A stretch of DNA of 64,000 bases from Escherichia coli (lineage in GTDB: Bacteria > Pseudomonadota > Gammaproteobacteria > Enterobacterales > Enterobacteriaceae): NCBI RefSeq assembly GCF_003334815.1, contig NZ_QOWO01000017.1. The stretch is one strand, 5' to 3'. Below are positions 34,685 to 50,247 of the stretch, one piece after another (positions within the stretch are counted from its first letter, which is position 1; each line of letters starts with the position of its first letter). The position numbers and the translations under genes are program-made. The notes under the pieces were generated by a model, which was given only the letters and a program-made list of their open reading frames with translations, was not told the DNA's origin and did not search any database.

Positions 34685-34757
34685 GAAAGACGCGCATTTG
34701 TTATCATCATCCCTGAATTCAGAGATGAAATTTTGGCCACTCACGAGTGGCCTTTTT
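34685..34757 (+). ncRNA. micA: Hfq-dependent sRNA MicA (SraD) with intrinsic terminator
   Basis: GAAAGACGCGCATTTGTTATCATCATCCCTGAATTCAGAGATGAAATTTTGGCCACTCACGAGTGGCCTTTTT matches remembered MicA; located between luxS and gshA on the opposite strand. Confidence 0.85.
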
Positions 34758-34765
34758 CTTTTCTG

Positions 34766-36349
<1,584 letters not shown>

Positions 36350-36394
36350 TTAATTAGCATAACTGTAATGGTGACCATATGTGCAGGCCTACAA

Positions 36395-36823
36395 TTAGTG
36401 CCACCACATCATGCCCTGAACGGTCGCTGCTGCAACTGCAACATAGCGTAACGCTTTACCAAGGCACAAAAAAAAGATTACCGGTCCCCACGAGATGCGC
36501 ATCCATCCCGCTAACAGACACAGTAAATCGCCAACCACGGGCATCCAGCTTAATAATAGCGTGACTGCACCATAGCGTTTCAGCCAGCCGGTAGCTTTCT
36601 CTTGCCAGCGCGATGTTTTACGCAATGGAAAGAAACGCCCAAGGATAACGTTAGTTAACCCTCCAAGGCTATTACCCATTGTTGCTGTTAAAACTAAAAC
36701 CCAGGGATGACTGATCCCGGAAAGCAACATTGCCACCAGCACGACTTCGGAGTTGCCGGGTAATAGTGTAGCGCTGAGAAAACTACTGGCAAACAACGAG
36801 AAAAGCGATAACGCTTCACTCAC
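36395..36823 (-). CDS. yqaA: DedA/SNARE-associated family inner membrane protein
   Basis: 142 aa. Confidence 0.85.
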   Translation of the reverse strand: MSEALSLFSLFASSFLSATLLPGNSEVVLVAMLLSGISHPWVLVLTATMGNSLGGLTNVILGRFFPLRKTSRWQEKATGWLKRYGAVTLLLSWMPVVGDLLCLLAGWMRISWGPVIFFLCLGKALRYVAVAAATVQGMMWWH

Positions 36824-37386
36824 AGCAAGCGAACATCCACGGCGTCCATGCCTGCTGCACGGGCCGCCTGAATACCGAAATCGGCATCTTCAAAGACCAC
36901 ACACTGCGTCGGTTGCACGCCCATACGCTGCGCGCACAACAAAAATGTGTCTGGCGCGGGTTTATGGTGTTTGACGTGATCGGCAGCGACGACGGCGTCA
37001 AAATAATGGCGTAATCCCAGGTGCGCCAGCAATGCCTCAGCGATGGCGCTTTCACTCCCCGTTCCTACAGCCATTGGGCGACGACCATGCCAACTTTTCA
37101 CCACATCAACAAGAGGAAGCGGTTCGACGCTATCCAGCAGCATACTTCTTACTGCTTCTGTTTTTTCACGCGCTAACGCATGCGGGTCGAGATCGGCCTG
37201 ATTCAGCTCAATAATTGCCTGAGCAATACGCCAGGTGGGCGATCCATTAAGCGCAATCATCGCCTGAATATCGTACTGAAGACCGTAGTGCCCTAATACT
37301 TCGCGCCACGCTTTACGGTGCGTAGGCTCCGTATCCAGGATTGTGCCATCCATATCAAAAATTAAACCTGCATAACGCTCGTACAT
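36820..37386 (-). CDS. yqaB: HAD-family sugar phosphatase
   Basis: 188 aa; DMDGT HAD motif I; overlaps yqaA start by 4 nt. Confidence 0.85.
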   Translation of the reverse strand: MYERYAGLIFDMDGTILDTEPTHRKAWREVLGHYGLQYDIQAMIALNGSPTWRIAQAIIELNQADLDPHALAREKTEAVRSMLLDSVEPLPLVDVVKSWHGRRPMAVGTGSESAIAEALLAHLGLRHYFDAVVAADHVKHHKPAPDTFLLCAQRMGVQPTQCVVFEDADFGIQAARAAGMDAVDVRLL

Positions 37387-37666
37387 GGTCTTCTCGCAAG
37401 TCGAAAAATATGACGCTACTTTAGCGTAATTGCTTGATTTTGTCGCTGATGGCGAAGGAGAAGAAAATTCAGGAAATGGATAAAGGAGTTATTTAGAAAT
37501 GAGATATTTTTGAAGGAAATTTTTTGGAGAAGATGGTGCATCCGGGAGGATGACTCACTGACGTTCGCCCTTCGGGCCGTTGCTGGCGCAACGTTATCCT
37601 TCCTGGTGCCTGCGGTTAATACCGCTATCTCTTCGATACCTTCATTGCTGAAGGTTACGGAGAATA

Positions 37667-37743
37667 TGGTGCATCCGGGAGGATTCGAACCTCCGACCGC
37701 TCGGTTCGTAGCCGAGTACTCTATCCAGCTGAGCTACGGATGC
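37667..37743 (-). tRNA. tRNA-Arg (anticodon ACG)
   Basis: Reverse complement GCATCCGTAGCTCAGCTGGATAGAGTACTCGGCTACGAACCGAGCGGTCGGAGGTTCGAATCCTCCCGGATGCACCA. Confidence 0.9.
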
Positions 37744-37941
37744 ATCGGGAAAACTTATTCTACTGCTGATATTGATACCGCTACTAAAGCCATATCAATT
37801 AAGAGATGGTGCATCCGGGAGGATTACTCGCCTTGCGGCTCGCCCTTCGGGCCGTTGCTAAAGCAACGTTATCATCCCTAGTGCCTGCGGTTAATACCGC
37901 TATCTCTTCGATACCTTCATTGCTGAAGGTTACGGAGAATA

Positions 37942-38018
37942 TGGTGCATCCGGGAGGATTCGAACCTCCGACCGCTCGGTTCGTAGCCGAGTACTCTATC
38001 CAGCTGAGCTACGGATGC
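37942..38018 (-). tRNA. tRNA-Arg (anticodon ACG), second identical copy
   Basis: Identical 77-nt sequence 275 bp downstream of the first copy. Confidence 0.9.
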
Positions 38019-38021
38019 AAA

Positions 38022-38114
38022 TGGCGGTGAGGCGGGGATTCGAACCCCGGATGCAGCTTTTGACCGCATACTCCCTTAGCAGGGGAGCGCCTTCAGCCTC
38101 TCGGCCACCTCACC
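38022..38114 (-). tRNA. serV: tRNA-Ser (anticodon GCU)
   Basis: Reverse complement GGTGAGGTGGCCGAGAGGCTGAAGGCGCTCCCCTGCTAAGGGAGTATGCGGTCAAAAGCTGCATCCGGGGTTCGAATCCCCGCCTCACCGCCA, long variable arm. Confidence 0.9.
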
Positions 38115-38429
38115 ACACGCCTCTTACGAGTGCTTCGAAGAACTTGTTTATCGCTCATCGTCGCTGCGTGGCGCACATATTACTTTCTGAGACTTATAAG
38201 TCAAACAATTTTTCCTACACTTTTATCGTTTGCACACTTCACGTTCAATTAGTCTGTAAAAACGTCAAAAAGAGTGTTTTATCAACAGAAGAATGGAGGT
38301 CTGACAGATAGTAGTAATGCAAAAAAATGGAGACTTAAGTTGAATGAACGGGAGTAAAGCGAAAAGACTATAGAGTGAAGGAGAAATTTTGAGGGTGCGT
38401 CTCACCGATAAAGATGAGACGCGGAAAGA

Positions 38430-38615
38430 TTAGTAACTGGACTGCTGGGATTTTTCAGCCTGGATACGCTGGTAGATCTCTTCACGGTGAACAGAAACTT
38501 CCTTCGGGGCATTTACGCCAATACGTACCTGGTTGCCCTTTACCCCTAAAACTGTCACGGTGACCTCATCCCCAATCATGAGGGTCTCACCAACTCGACG
38601 AGTCAGAATCAGCAT
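38430..38615 (-). CDS. csrA: Carbon storage regulator CsrA (RNA-binding)
   Basis: 61 aa [61 protein letters not shown]. Confidence 0.95.
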
Positions 38616-38849
38616 TCTTTGCTCCTTGAAAGATTAAAAGAGTCGGGTCTCTCTGTATCCCGGCATTATCCATCATATAACGCCAAAAAGTAAGCAATGA
38701 CAAACACATTACATCTAAGCAGTCATGGCATTACATTCTGTTAAACCTAAGTTTAGCCGATATACACAACTTCAACCTGACTTTATCGTTGTCGATAGCG
38801 TTAATGCGAATGCCGTGAAGCGAGTCCACGGCATTGCCTGACGCTTATA

Positions 38850-41480
38850 TTATTGCAATTTCGCGCTGACCCAGCCTTTCACACTGGCTAACGCTGCAGG
38901 TAAGGCCGCAGCATCCGTACCACCGGCTTGCGCCATGTCAGGACGTCCACCACCCTTGCCGCCCACCTGCTGAGCGACCATACCAATCAGTTCCCCTGCT
39001 TTCACACGATCTGTGACGTCCTTAGATACGCCTGCAATCAGAGAAACCTTACCTTCGACTACCGTTGCCAGCACGATAATTGTCGACCCCAGCTGATTTT
39101 TTAAATCGTCAACCATGGTACGCAACATTTTCGGCTCAACACCGCTAAGCTCGCTAACCAACAGCTTAACACCATTAACATCAATTGCCTTACTGGAAAG
39201 ATTTGCGCTCTCCTGTGCGGCAGCTTGTTCTTTAAGCTGTTGTAACTCTTTTTCCAGCTGACGCGTACGTTCCAGTACTGAGCGCACTTTATCAGCCAGA
39301 TTATTGCTATCGCCTTTCAGCAGATGCGCGACTTCGCTTAAGCGATCGCTGTCTGCATGAACGGTGGCGATAGCACCTTCTCCGGTTACCGCTTCGATAC
39401 GACGAACGCCTGCAGCAGTACCCGATTCAGAGATGATGCGGAACAGACCAATATCACCAGTGCGGCTGGCGTGAGTACCGCCACACAACTCGGTAGAGAA
39501 ATCGCCCATGCTCAGCACGCGTACGCGCTCATCATACTTCTCGCCGAACAGCGCCATCGCACCTTTCGCTTTCGCCGCTTCGAGATCCATGATGTTGGTT
39601 TCGATCGGCAAATTGCGACGAATCTGTGTGTTCACCAGGTCTTCGACCGCACGAATCTCTTCTGGTTTCATCGCTTCGTTGTGTGAGAAGTCGAAGCGCA
39701 GCACCTTGTCGTTAACCAGTGAACCTTTCTGCGATACATGAGTACCCAGAACCTGGCGCAGCGCAGCGTGCATCAGGTGCGTTGCGGAGTGATTCAGACG
39801 AATACGGGCGCGACGAGCCTCATCAACATCAGCCTGCACCGCGTCGCCCACTTTCAGAGAACCCGCAGCAAGTTTACCGATGTGACCAATCGCCTGGCCG
39901 TATTTCTGCGTATCTTCCACCGCAAAGGAGAAGTTAGCGCCTTTCAGTTCGCCTTTATCGCCAACCTGACCGCCGGATTCCGCATAGAATGGCGTTTGAT
40001 CCAGCACGACCACAGCTTCCTGGCCTGCATTGATGGCATCAACCGCTTTACCATCAACAAACAGCGCAGTCACTTTGCCGTTCAGTTCCAGATGGTCATA
40101 GCCTTTAAATTCAGATGCACTGTCAACACGGATCATTGCGTTGTAATCGGCACCAAAGCCGCTGGCTTCGCGCGCGCGACGACGCTGCTCTTCCATTGCA
40201 GCTTCAAAACCAGCTTCGTCAACTTTGATGTTGCGCTCACGACAAACATCAGCCGTCAGGTCAACCGGGAAGCCATAGGTGTCGTACAGACGGAAAGCAG
40301 TTTCACCATCCAGCGTATCACCAGAAAGTTTTGCCAGCTCTTCATCCAGCAACGCCAGACCGCGCTCCAGAGTACGAGCAAACTGCTCTTCTTCAGTCTT
40401 CAGCACCTGCTCAACCTGCGCCTGCTGGCGTTTCAGGTCTTCACCCGCAGAGCCCATAACGTCGATCAGCGGACCAACCAGTTTGTAGAAGAAGGTTTCT
40501 TTCGCGCCGAGCATATTACCGTGACGCACTGCGCGACGAATGATACGACGCAGTACATAACCACGGTTTTCATTGGACGGCATTACGCCATCCGCGATCA
40601 GGAACGCACAAGAACGAATGTGGTCAGCGATTACGCGCAGCGATTTATTGCTCAGATCGGTTGCGCCAGTGACTTTCGCTACCGCCTGGATCAGCGTGCG
40701 GAACAGGTCGATGTCATAGTTAGAGTTAACGTGTTGCAGCACCGCAGCAATACGCTCCAGACCCATACCGGTATCTACAGACGGCTTCGGCAGCGGTTCC
40801 ATCGTGCCATCGGCCTGGCGGTTGAACTGCATGAAGACGATGTTCCAGATCTCAATGTAGCGGTCGCCGTCTTCTTCCGGGCTTCCCGGAGGGCCCCCCC
40901 AAATGTGGTCGCCGTGATCGTAGAAGATTTCGGTGCACGGGCCGCACGGACCAGTGTCACCCATCTGCCAGAAGTTGTCAGATGCGTATGGCGCACCTTT
41001 GTTATCGCCGATGCGAATAATACGTTCGCGCGGGATCCCTACTTCTTTTTCCCAGATTTCGTAGGCTTCGTCGTCGCTTTCATAGACGGTAACCCACAGA
41101 CGCTCTTTCGGCAGGGCAAACCATTTTTCGCTGGTCAGCAGTTCCCATGCAAACTGAATGGCATCGTGTTTGAAATAGTCGCCGAAGCTGAAGTTGCCCA
41201 GCATTTCGAAGAAGGTATGGTGACGCGCGGTGTAACCGACGTTTTCCAGGTCGTTGTGTTTACCACCCGCACGCACGCAGCGTTGGGAAGTGGTAGCGCG
41301 GGAATAATTACGCTTGTCGAGCCCAAGGAACACATCCTTGAACTGGTTCATCCCGGCGTTGGTAAACAACAAAGTTGGGTCGTTATGGGGTACCAGGGAG
41401 CTGCTGGCAACTACCTGATGTCCCTTACTATGGAAAAAGTCGAGAAACGCCTGACGGATCTCAGCGGTGCTCTTGCTCAT
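38850..41480 (-). CDS. alaS: Alanine--tRNA ligase
   Basis: 876 aa. Confidence 0.95.
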
Positions 41481-41607
41481 AATTATCCTGAAATCAAGCT
41501 AACGAAATATCGCCACCAGCTCCAGCGTGTCTTAACCGCCGGGCTGGTAACTGAAAAGTGGGAATAAGATAAGTTTTCTTGACTGGGAAGTAAAATACCG
41601 TATGCGT

Positions 41608-42108
41608 TCAGTCGGCAAAATTTCGCCAAATCTCCTGGATATCTTCCATCAGATAGCCACGATAGAGCAGAAAACGCTGGATCTTAACTTTTTCTGAAAA
41701 GACAGTTGGCAAAGGTTCGCCATATTTTCGCGTCGCCTGATCGCGCGCCAGTGCGCACCAGTCGATGTCACATTCACGCATCGCTTTTTCTGTCGCTTCG
41801 CGGGAAATACCTTTCTGATTCAGTTCCTGGCGAATACGCGCAGGTCCATAACCTTTGCGGCTACGGCTGGCGATAAAGCGCGCAACAAATCGGCTGTCAT
41901 CGAGATAGCCATGTTCATGGCACCAGGCAATAACGCGCTCGTAATCTTCTGCCGTAGCATCAATCTCTTCTGGGCCATTTTTGCCCATAATCGGTGCCGC
42001 GAGTTTACGTCGCAGTTCTTGCTCACTGTGATCGCGCACCGCCAGAATGCGTACCGCACGATCCAACAGGCGAGCATATGCCGGGCGACGGGATGTTGAT
42101 TCTGTCAT
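41608..42108 (-). CDS. recX: RecA regulator RecX
   Basis: 166 aa; immediately downstream of recA. Confidence 0.9.
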   Translation of the reverse strand: MTESTSRRPAYARLLDRAVRILAVRDHSEQELRRKLAAPIMGKNGPEEIDATAEDYERVIAWCHEHGYLDDSRFVARFIASRSRKGYGPARIRQELNQKGISREATEKAMRECDIDWCALARDQATRKYGEPLPTVFSEKVKIQRFLLYRGYLMEDIQEIWRNFAD

Positions 42109-42124
42109 GGCATATCCTTACAAC

Positions 42125-42160
42125 TTAAAAAAGCAAAAGGGCCGCAGATGCGACCCTTGT
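42125..42160 (-). terminator. Hairpin plus T-run between recA and recX (partial terminator)
   Basis: Minus strand GGGTCGCATCTGCGGCCC followed by TTTTGCTTTTTT. Confidence 0.5.
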
Positions 42161-42176
42161 GTATCAAACAAGACGA

Positions 42177-43317
<1,141 letters not shown>

Positions 43318-43815
43318 TCAAGTGTTTTGTAGAAATTGTTGCCACAAGGTCTGCAATGCATACGCAGTAGCCTGACGACGCACCGCATCACGGTCGCCGC
43401 TGAAGCATTCCCGCCGGGTAATGCCTTCACCGCGGGCAGTGGCAAAAGCAAACCAGACGGTGCCGACAGGCTTCTCTTCACTGCCGCCATCCGGCCCGGC
43501 GATACCACTAATAGACACGGCATAATCAGCACGAGCCGCTTTCAGTGCGCCTATCGCCATTTCCACCACGACGGGTTCACTCACCGCGCCATGCTGCGCC
43601 AGCGTCTCTTCGCGTACGCCGATCATCTGCGCTTTGGCTTCGTTACTGTAGGTGACAAATCCGCGTTCAAACCAGGCGGAGCTACCGGCAATATCGGTAA
43701 TCACTTTCGCTACCCAACCACCGGTACAAGACTCGGCAGTTGTTACGGTTGCGCCACGGGCTTTCAGCGCCTGCCCAACCTGTTCACTTAACTGCATCAG
43801 TTCACTGTCAGTCAT
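43318..43815 (-). CDS. pncC: NMN amidohydrolase PncC (CinA-like)
   Basis: N-terminus MTDSELMQLSEQVGQALKARGATV, 165 aa. Confidence 0.85.
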   Translation of the reverse strand: MTDSELMQLSEQVGQALKARGATVTTAESCTGGWVAKVITDIAGSSAWFERGFVTYSNEAKAQMIGVREETLAQHGAVSEPVVVEMAIGALKAARADYAVSISGIAGPDGGSEEKPVGTVWFAFATARGEGITRRECFSGDRDAVRRQATAYALQTLWQQFLQNT

Positions 43816-43959
43816 CACAACCTCTGTCAGTCAAAAATTTATGCCGGACAAGATAGCACTTTCGTCAGGAAGATGGTGTTGGCGTTGCAATTTTACGAGG
43901 AGGATTCAGAAAAAAGCTGATTAGCCAGAGGGAAGCTCACGCCCCCCTCTTGTAAATAG

Positions 43960-45045
43960 CTACTGTACTCGCGCCAGCGCCACGGCTTGTCCTAACTGCC
44001 AGACCGCCATTGCGTAATGGGTGCTGTGGTTGTAACGGGTGATGGTGTAGAAGTTCGGCAGACCGTACCAGTACTGGTAGCCGGTGCCAACATCCAGACG
44101 CAGCAGGCTGGCTTGTTGATGGTTGCCCAGCGGCTGCTGTGGCGTTAAACCTGCGGCGGCAAGCTGCGAAATGCTGTACTTAGTTTTGAAGCCATTTGGC
44201 AAGCCTGGAGCCTGACCGTTTGCCATTACCGCGACCTGATCGCCTTTCACCCAGCCGTGCGCTTTGAAATAGTTCGCCACGCTACCGATCGCATCAACCG
44301 GATCCCACAGGTTGATATGCCCGTCGCCGCTGAAATCTACCGCATATTGTTTGTAAGACGACGGCATAAACTGTCCGTAGCCCATCGCCCCGGCAAAGGA
44401 ACCTTTCAGATTGAGCGGATCGTCCTGCTCGTCGCGCGCCATCAACAGGAAGGTTTCCAGCTCGCCAGAGAAATACTCCGCGCGGCGTGGGTAGTTAAAT
44501 GACAGCGTTGCCAGCGCATCGAGGATGCGAGTTTTCCCCATCACGCGCCCCCAGCGGGTTTCAACGCCGATAATCCCGACGATAATTTCCGGCGGTACTC
44601 CATACACCTGCCACGCGCGATTCAACGCATCTTCATACTGATTCCAGAAAACCACACCGTTCTGCACGTTGTCCGGCGTAATAAATTTTTTGCGATAACG
44701 GAGCCATGCGCCGTTCGGACCTGATGGCGGTTTCACCGATGTGGTTGGTGCCTGGTTATCCATCAGCCGCAGTACCGAATCCAGACGCTTCGCCTGGGAG
44801 AGAATTTCCTGCAACTGCTGACGATCGAAACCGTGTTTGTTCACCATTTTGTCGATGAACTGCTGGGCATTCGGGTTATTAGCGAAATCGCCGCCCATCT
44901 GCATCACATTGTGCTGCGGCTCAAGCAGGAAGCCGCCAGACGGCGTTCCGGTGGTCGTATCAGTCTCAGTAGGTTTTGGCTTGCTGCTACAGGCGGCAAG
45001 CAACACAAAAAGGGGAAGCAATGTTACATAACGACGCTTGAACAT
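43960..45045 (-). CDS. mltB: Membrane-bound lytic murein transglycosylase B
   Basis: N-terminus MFKRRYVTLLPLFVLLAACSS (lipoprotein signal, LAAC lipobox), 361 aa. Confidence 0.85.
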   Translation of the reverse strand: MFKRRYVTLLPLFVLLAACSSKPKPTETDTTTGTPSGGFLLEPQHNVMQMGGDFANNPNAQQFIDKMVNKHGFDRQQLQEILSQAKRLDSVLRLMDNQAPTTSVKPPSGPNGAWLRYRKKFITPDNVQNGVVFWNQYEDALNRAWQVYGVPPEIIVGIIGVETRWGRVMGKTRILDALATLSFNYPRRAEYFSGELETFLLMARDEQDDPLNLKGSFAGAMGYGQFMPSSYKQYAVDFSGDGHINLWDPVDAIGSVANYFKAHGWVKGDQVAVMANGQAPGLPNGFKTKYSISQLAAAGLTPQQPLGNHQQASLLRLDVGTGYQYWYGLPNFYTITRYNHSTHYAMAVWQLGQAVALARVQ

Positions 45046-45282
45046 GAGGGGTCCATTTAACAGATTCAACCAGGGGCAAGTATGGTAAAGCATCACGCCC
45101 CGCACAAGGAAGCGGTAGTCACTGCCCGATACGGACTTTACATAACTCAACTCATTCCCCTCGCTATCCTTTTATTCAAACTTTCAAATTAAAATATTTA
45201 TCTTTCATTTTGCGATCAAAATAACACTTTTAAATCTTTCAATCTGATTAGATTAGGTTGCCGTTTGGTAATAAAACAATAA

Positions 45283-46820
<1,538 letters not shown>

Positions 46821-46830
46821 AGGCTGAAAC

Positions 46831-47985
<1,155 letters not shown>

Positions 47986-48029
47986 TCAACAGCGGAGATC
48001 CATTAAGGATCTCCGTGAGACTATAGAAT

Positions 48030-48058
48030 GCCTGATGCGCTACGCTCATCAGGCATAC
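48030..48058. repeat. REP-like palindrome after srlD
   Basis: GCCTGATGCGCTACGCTCATCAGGCAT. Confidence 0.45.
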
Positions 48059-48089
48059 AGGACTTCCGCCACTACATTAAGGAAAAGTT

Positions 48090-48449
48090 ATGGTATCCGC
48101 ACTCATCACCGTCGCCGTTATCGCCTGGTGTGCGCAACTGGCCTTAGGCGGCTGGCAAATTTCTCGTTTTAACCGTGCCTTCGACACACTATGCCAGCAA
48201 GGGCGGGTTGGCGTGGGCCGTTCCAGCGGGCGCTTTAAACCGCGGGTCGTGGTCGCCATCGCGCTGGACGATCAGCAGCGCATCGTCGACACCTTGTTTA
48301 TGAAAGGACTGACCGTCTTCGCCCGACCGCAAAAAATTCCCGCAATTACCGGTATGCATGCGGGTGATTTACAGCCCGATGTGATCTTTCCCCATGATCC
48401 ACTATCACAGAATGCTCTATCATTGGCGCTTAAACTGAAACGTGGATAA
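48090..48449 (+). CDS. gutM: Glucitol operon activator GutM
   Basis: 119 aa. Confidence 0.85.
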   Translation: MVSALITVAVIAWCAQLALGGWQISRFNRAFDTLCQQGRVGVGRSSGRFKPRVVVAIALDDQQRIVDTLFMKGLTVFARPQKIPAITGMHAGDLQPDVIFPHDPLSQNALSLALKLKRG

Positions 48450-48515
48450 TTTCGTTGTGAATGTTACTTGCTTGCGAAGTTATCATTTTGAAACCTAAAT
48501 CAGGTAATCACGCCC

Positions 48516-49289
48516 ATGAAACCTCGTCAGCGTCAGGCCGCCATTCTGGAGTATCTGCAAAAGCAGGGTAAATGCTCGGTTGAAGAATTGGCGCAATACT
48601 TTGACACCACAGGCACAACCATTCGCAAAGATCTGGTCATTCTGGAACATGCCGGAACCGTCATTCGTACTTATGGCGGAGTGGTGTTGAATAAAGAGGA
48701 ATCCGATCCGCCTATCGATCATAAAACACTCATCAACACCCACAAGAAAGAGCTGATTGCAGAAGCTGCCGTTAGTTTTATCCATGATGGCGATTCGATC
48801 ATTCTTGATGCTGGCAGTACCGTTTTGCAGATGGTTCCCCTGCTCTCGCGCTTTAATAACATCACGGTGATGACCAACAGCCTGCATATCGTCAATGCGC
48901 TATCCGAACTGGATAACGAACAAACTATCCTGATGCCAGGCGGAACGTTTCGCAAAAAATCGGCCTCATTTCACGGGCAACTGGCAGAGAATGCCTTCGA
49001 GCATTTCACCTTCGATAAATTGTTTATGGGCACCGACGGCATCGATCTCAATGCGGGCGTAACCACCTTTAACGAGGTTTATACCGTCAGTAAGGCAATG
49101 TGCAATGCCGCGCGCGAAGTGATTTTGATGGCGGACTCATCAAAGTTTGGCCGTAAAAGCCCCAACGTAGTTTGCAGTCTTGAAAGCGTCGATAAGCTGA
49201 TTACCGACGCAGGTATCGATCCGGCGTTTCGTCAGGCGCTGGAAGAGAAAGGGATCGATGTGATCATAACCGGAGAGAGCAATGAGTGA
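48516..49289 (+). CDS. srlR: DeoR-family glucitol operon repressor
   Basis: 257 aa. Confidence 0.85.
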
Positions 49290-50247
49290 AGCACTACTGA
49301 ACGCGGGACGTCAGACGTTAATGCTGGAGTTGCAGGAAGCAAGCCGTTTACCGGAACGTCTGGGCGATGATTTTGTTCGCGCCGCCAATATCATCCTGCA
49401 CTGTGAAGGCAAAGTGGTGGTTTCGGGAATTGGCAAATCGGGCCACATTGGTAAGAAAATCGCCGCAACGCTTGCCAGTACCGGCACTCCGGCTTTTTTT
49501 GTCCATCCGGCAGAAGCGCTGCACGGCGATCTGGGGATGATCGAAAGCCGCGATGTGATGCTGTTTATCTCTTACTCCGGTGGCGCGAAGGAACTGGATC
49601 TGATTATTCCGCGTCTGGAAGATAAATCTATCGCGCTGCTGGCGATGACCGGCAAACCGACGTCACCGCTGGGCCTGGCGGCAAAAGCGGTGCTGGATAT
49701 CTCCGTAGAACGCGAAGCCTGCCCGATGCACCTTGCGCCGACCTCCAGCACCGTCAATACCCTGATGATGGGTGACGCGCTGGCGATGGCGGTCATGCAG
49801 GCGCGCGGATTTAATGAAGAAGATTTTGCCCGCTCCCACCCAGCCGGGGCACTGGGCGCTCGCTTGCTGAATAAAGTGCATCATCTGATGCGCCGTGACG
49901 ATGCCATCCCACAGGTGGCGTTAACCGCCAGCGTGATGGATGCGATGCTGGAACTCAGCCGCACCGGTCTGGGGCTGGTGGCGGTATGTGACGCTCAACA
50001 ACAGGTACAAGGCGTCTTTACCGACGGCGATTTACGTCGCTGGCTGGTTGGCGGCGGCGCACTCACCACGCCAGTCAATGAAGCGATGACGGTCGGCGGC
50101 ACCACGTTGCAATCGCAAAGTCGCGCCATCGACGCCAAAGAGATCCTGATGAAGCGCAAAATCACTGCCGCACCGGTGGTGGATGAAAACGGCAAACTCA
50201 CCGGCGCAATAAACCTGCAGGATTTCTATCAGGCCGGGATTATTTAA
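49282..50247 (+). CDS. gutQ: D-arabinose 5-phosphate isomerase (SIS + CBS domains)
   Basis: 321 aa. Confidence 0.9.

Larger units (their letters stand above)
37534..38018 (-). repeat. Tandem ~275-bp repeat units, each a tRNA-Arg gene plus a spacer beginning with a 17-19 nt copy of the tRNA 3' end
   Basis: TGGTGCATCCGGGAGGA occurs at 37534, 37667, 37807 and 37942; the spacers share a near-identical ~100-nt block. Confidence 0.75.

Noticed and set aside
37534-38018. Possible CRISPR array (regular direct repeats with spacers)
   Set aside because: The repeats are tRNA genes and tRNA 3' fragments at 275-bp periodicity, the spacers are nearly identical to each other, and no cas genes are nearby.
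37510-38030. Two ORFs (123 aa and 74 aa) sharing the peptide MVHPGGFEPPTARFVAEYSIQLSYGC
   Set aside because: They are translations of the tRNA-Arg tandem array; the shared peptide is the antisense tRNA read in frame.
38380-38429. Hairpin GCGTCTCACCGATAAAGATGAGACGC downstream of csrA as an intrinsic terminator
   Set aside because: On the csrA strand the hairpin is not followed by a clear T-run, so I could not support a terminator call.
39738-41567. 609-aa plus-strand ORF, plus other long antisense ORFs (e.g. 31211..32017, 20984..21664, 13283..14041, 33189..33869, 35462..36019, 11697..12377)
   Set aside because: Each lies entirely antisense to a well-supported gene (alaS, emrA, nrdI/nrdE, gabT, emrB, gshA, gabD). 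They are shadow ORFs typical of GC-rich codon usage, with no RBS or independent support.
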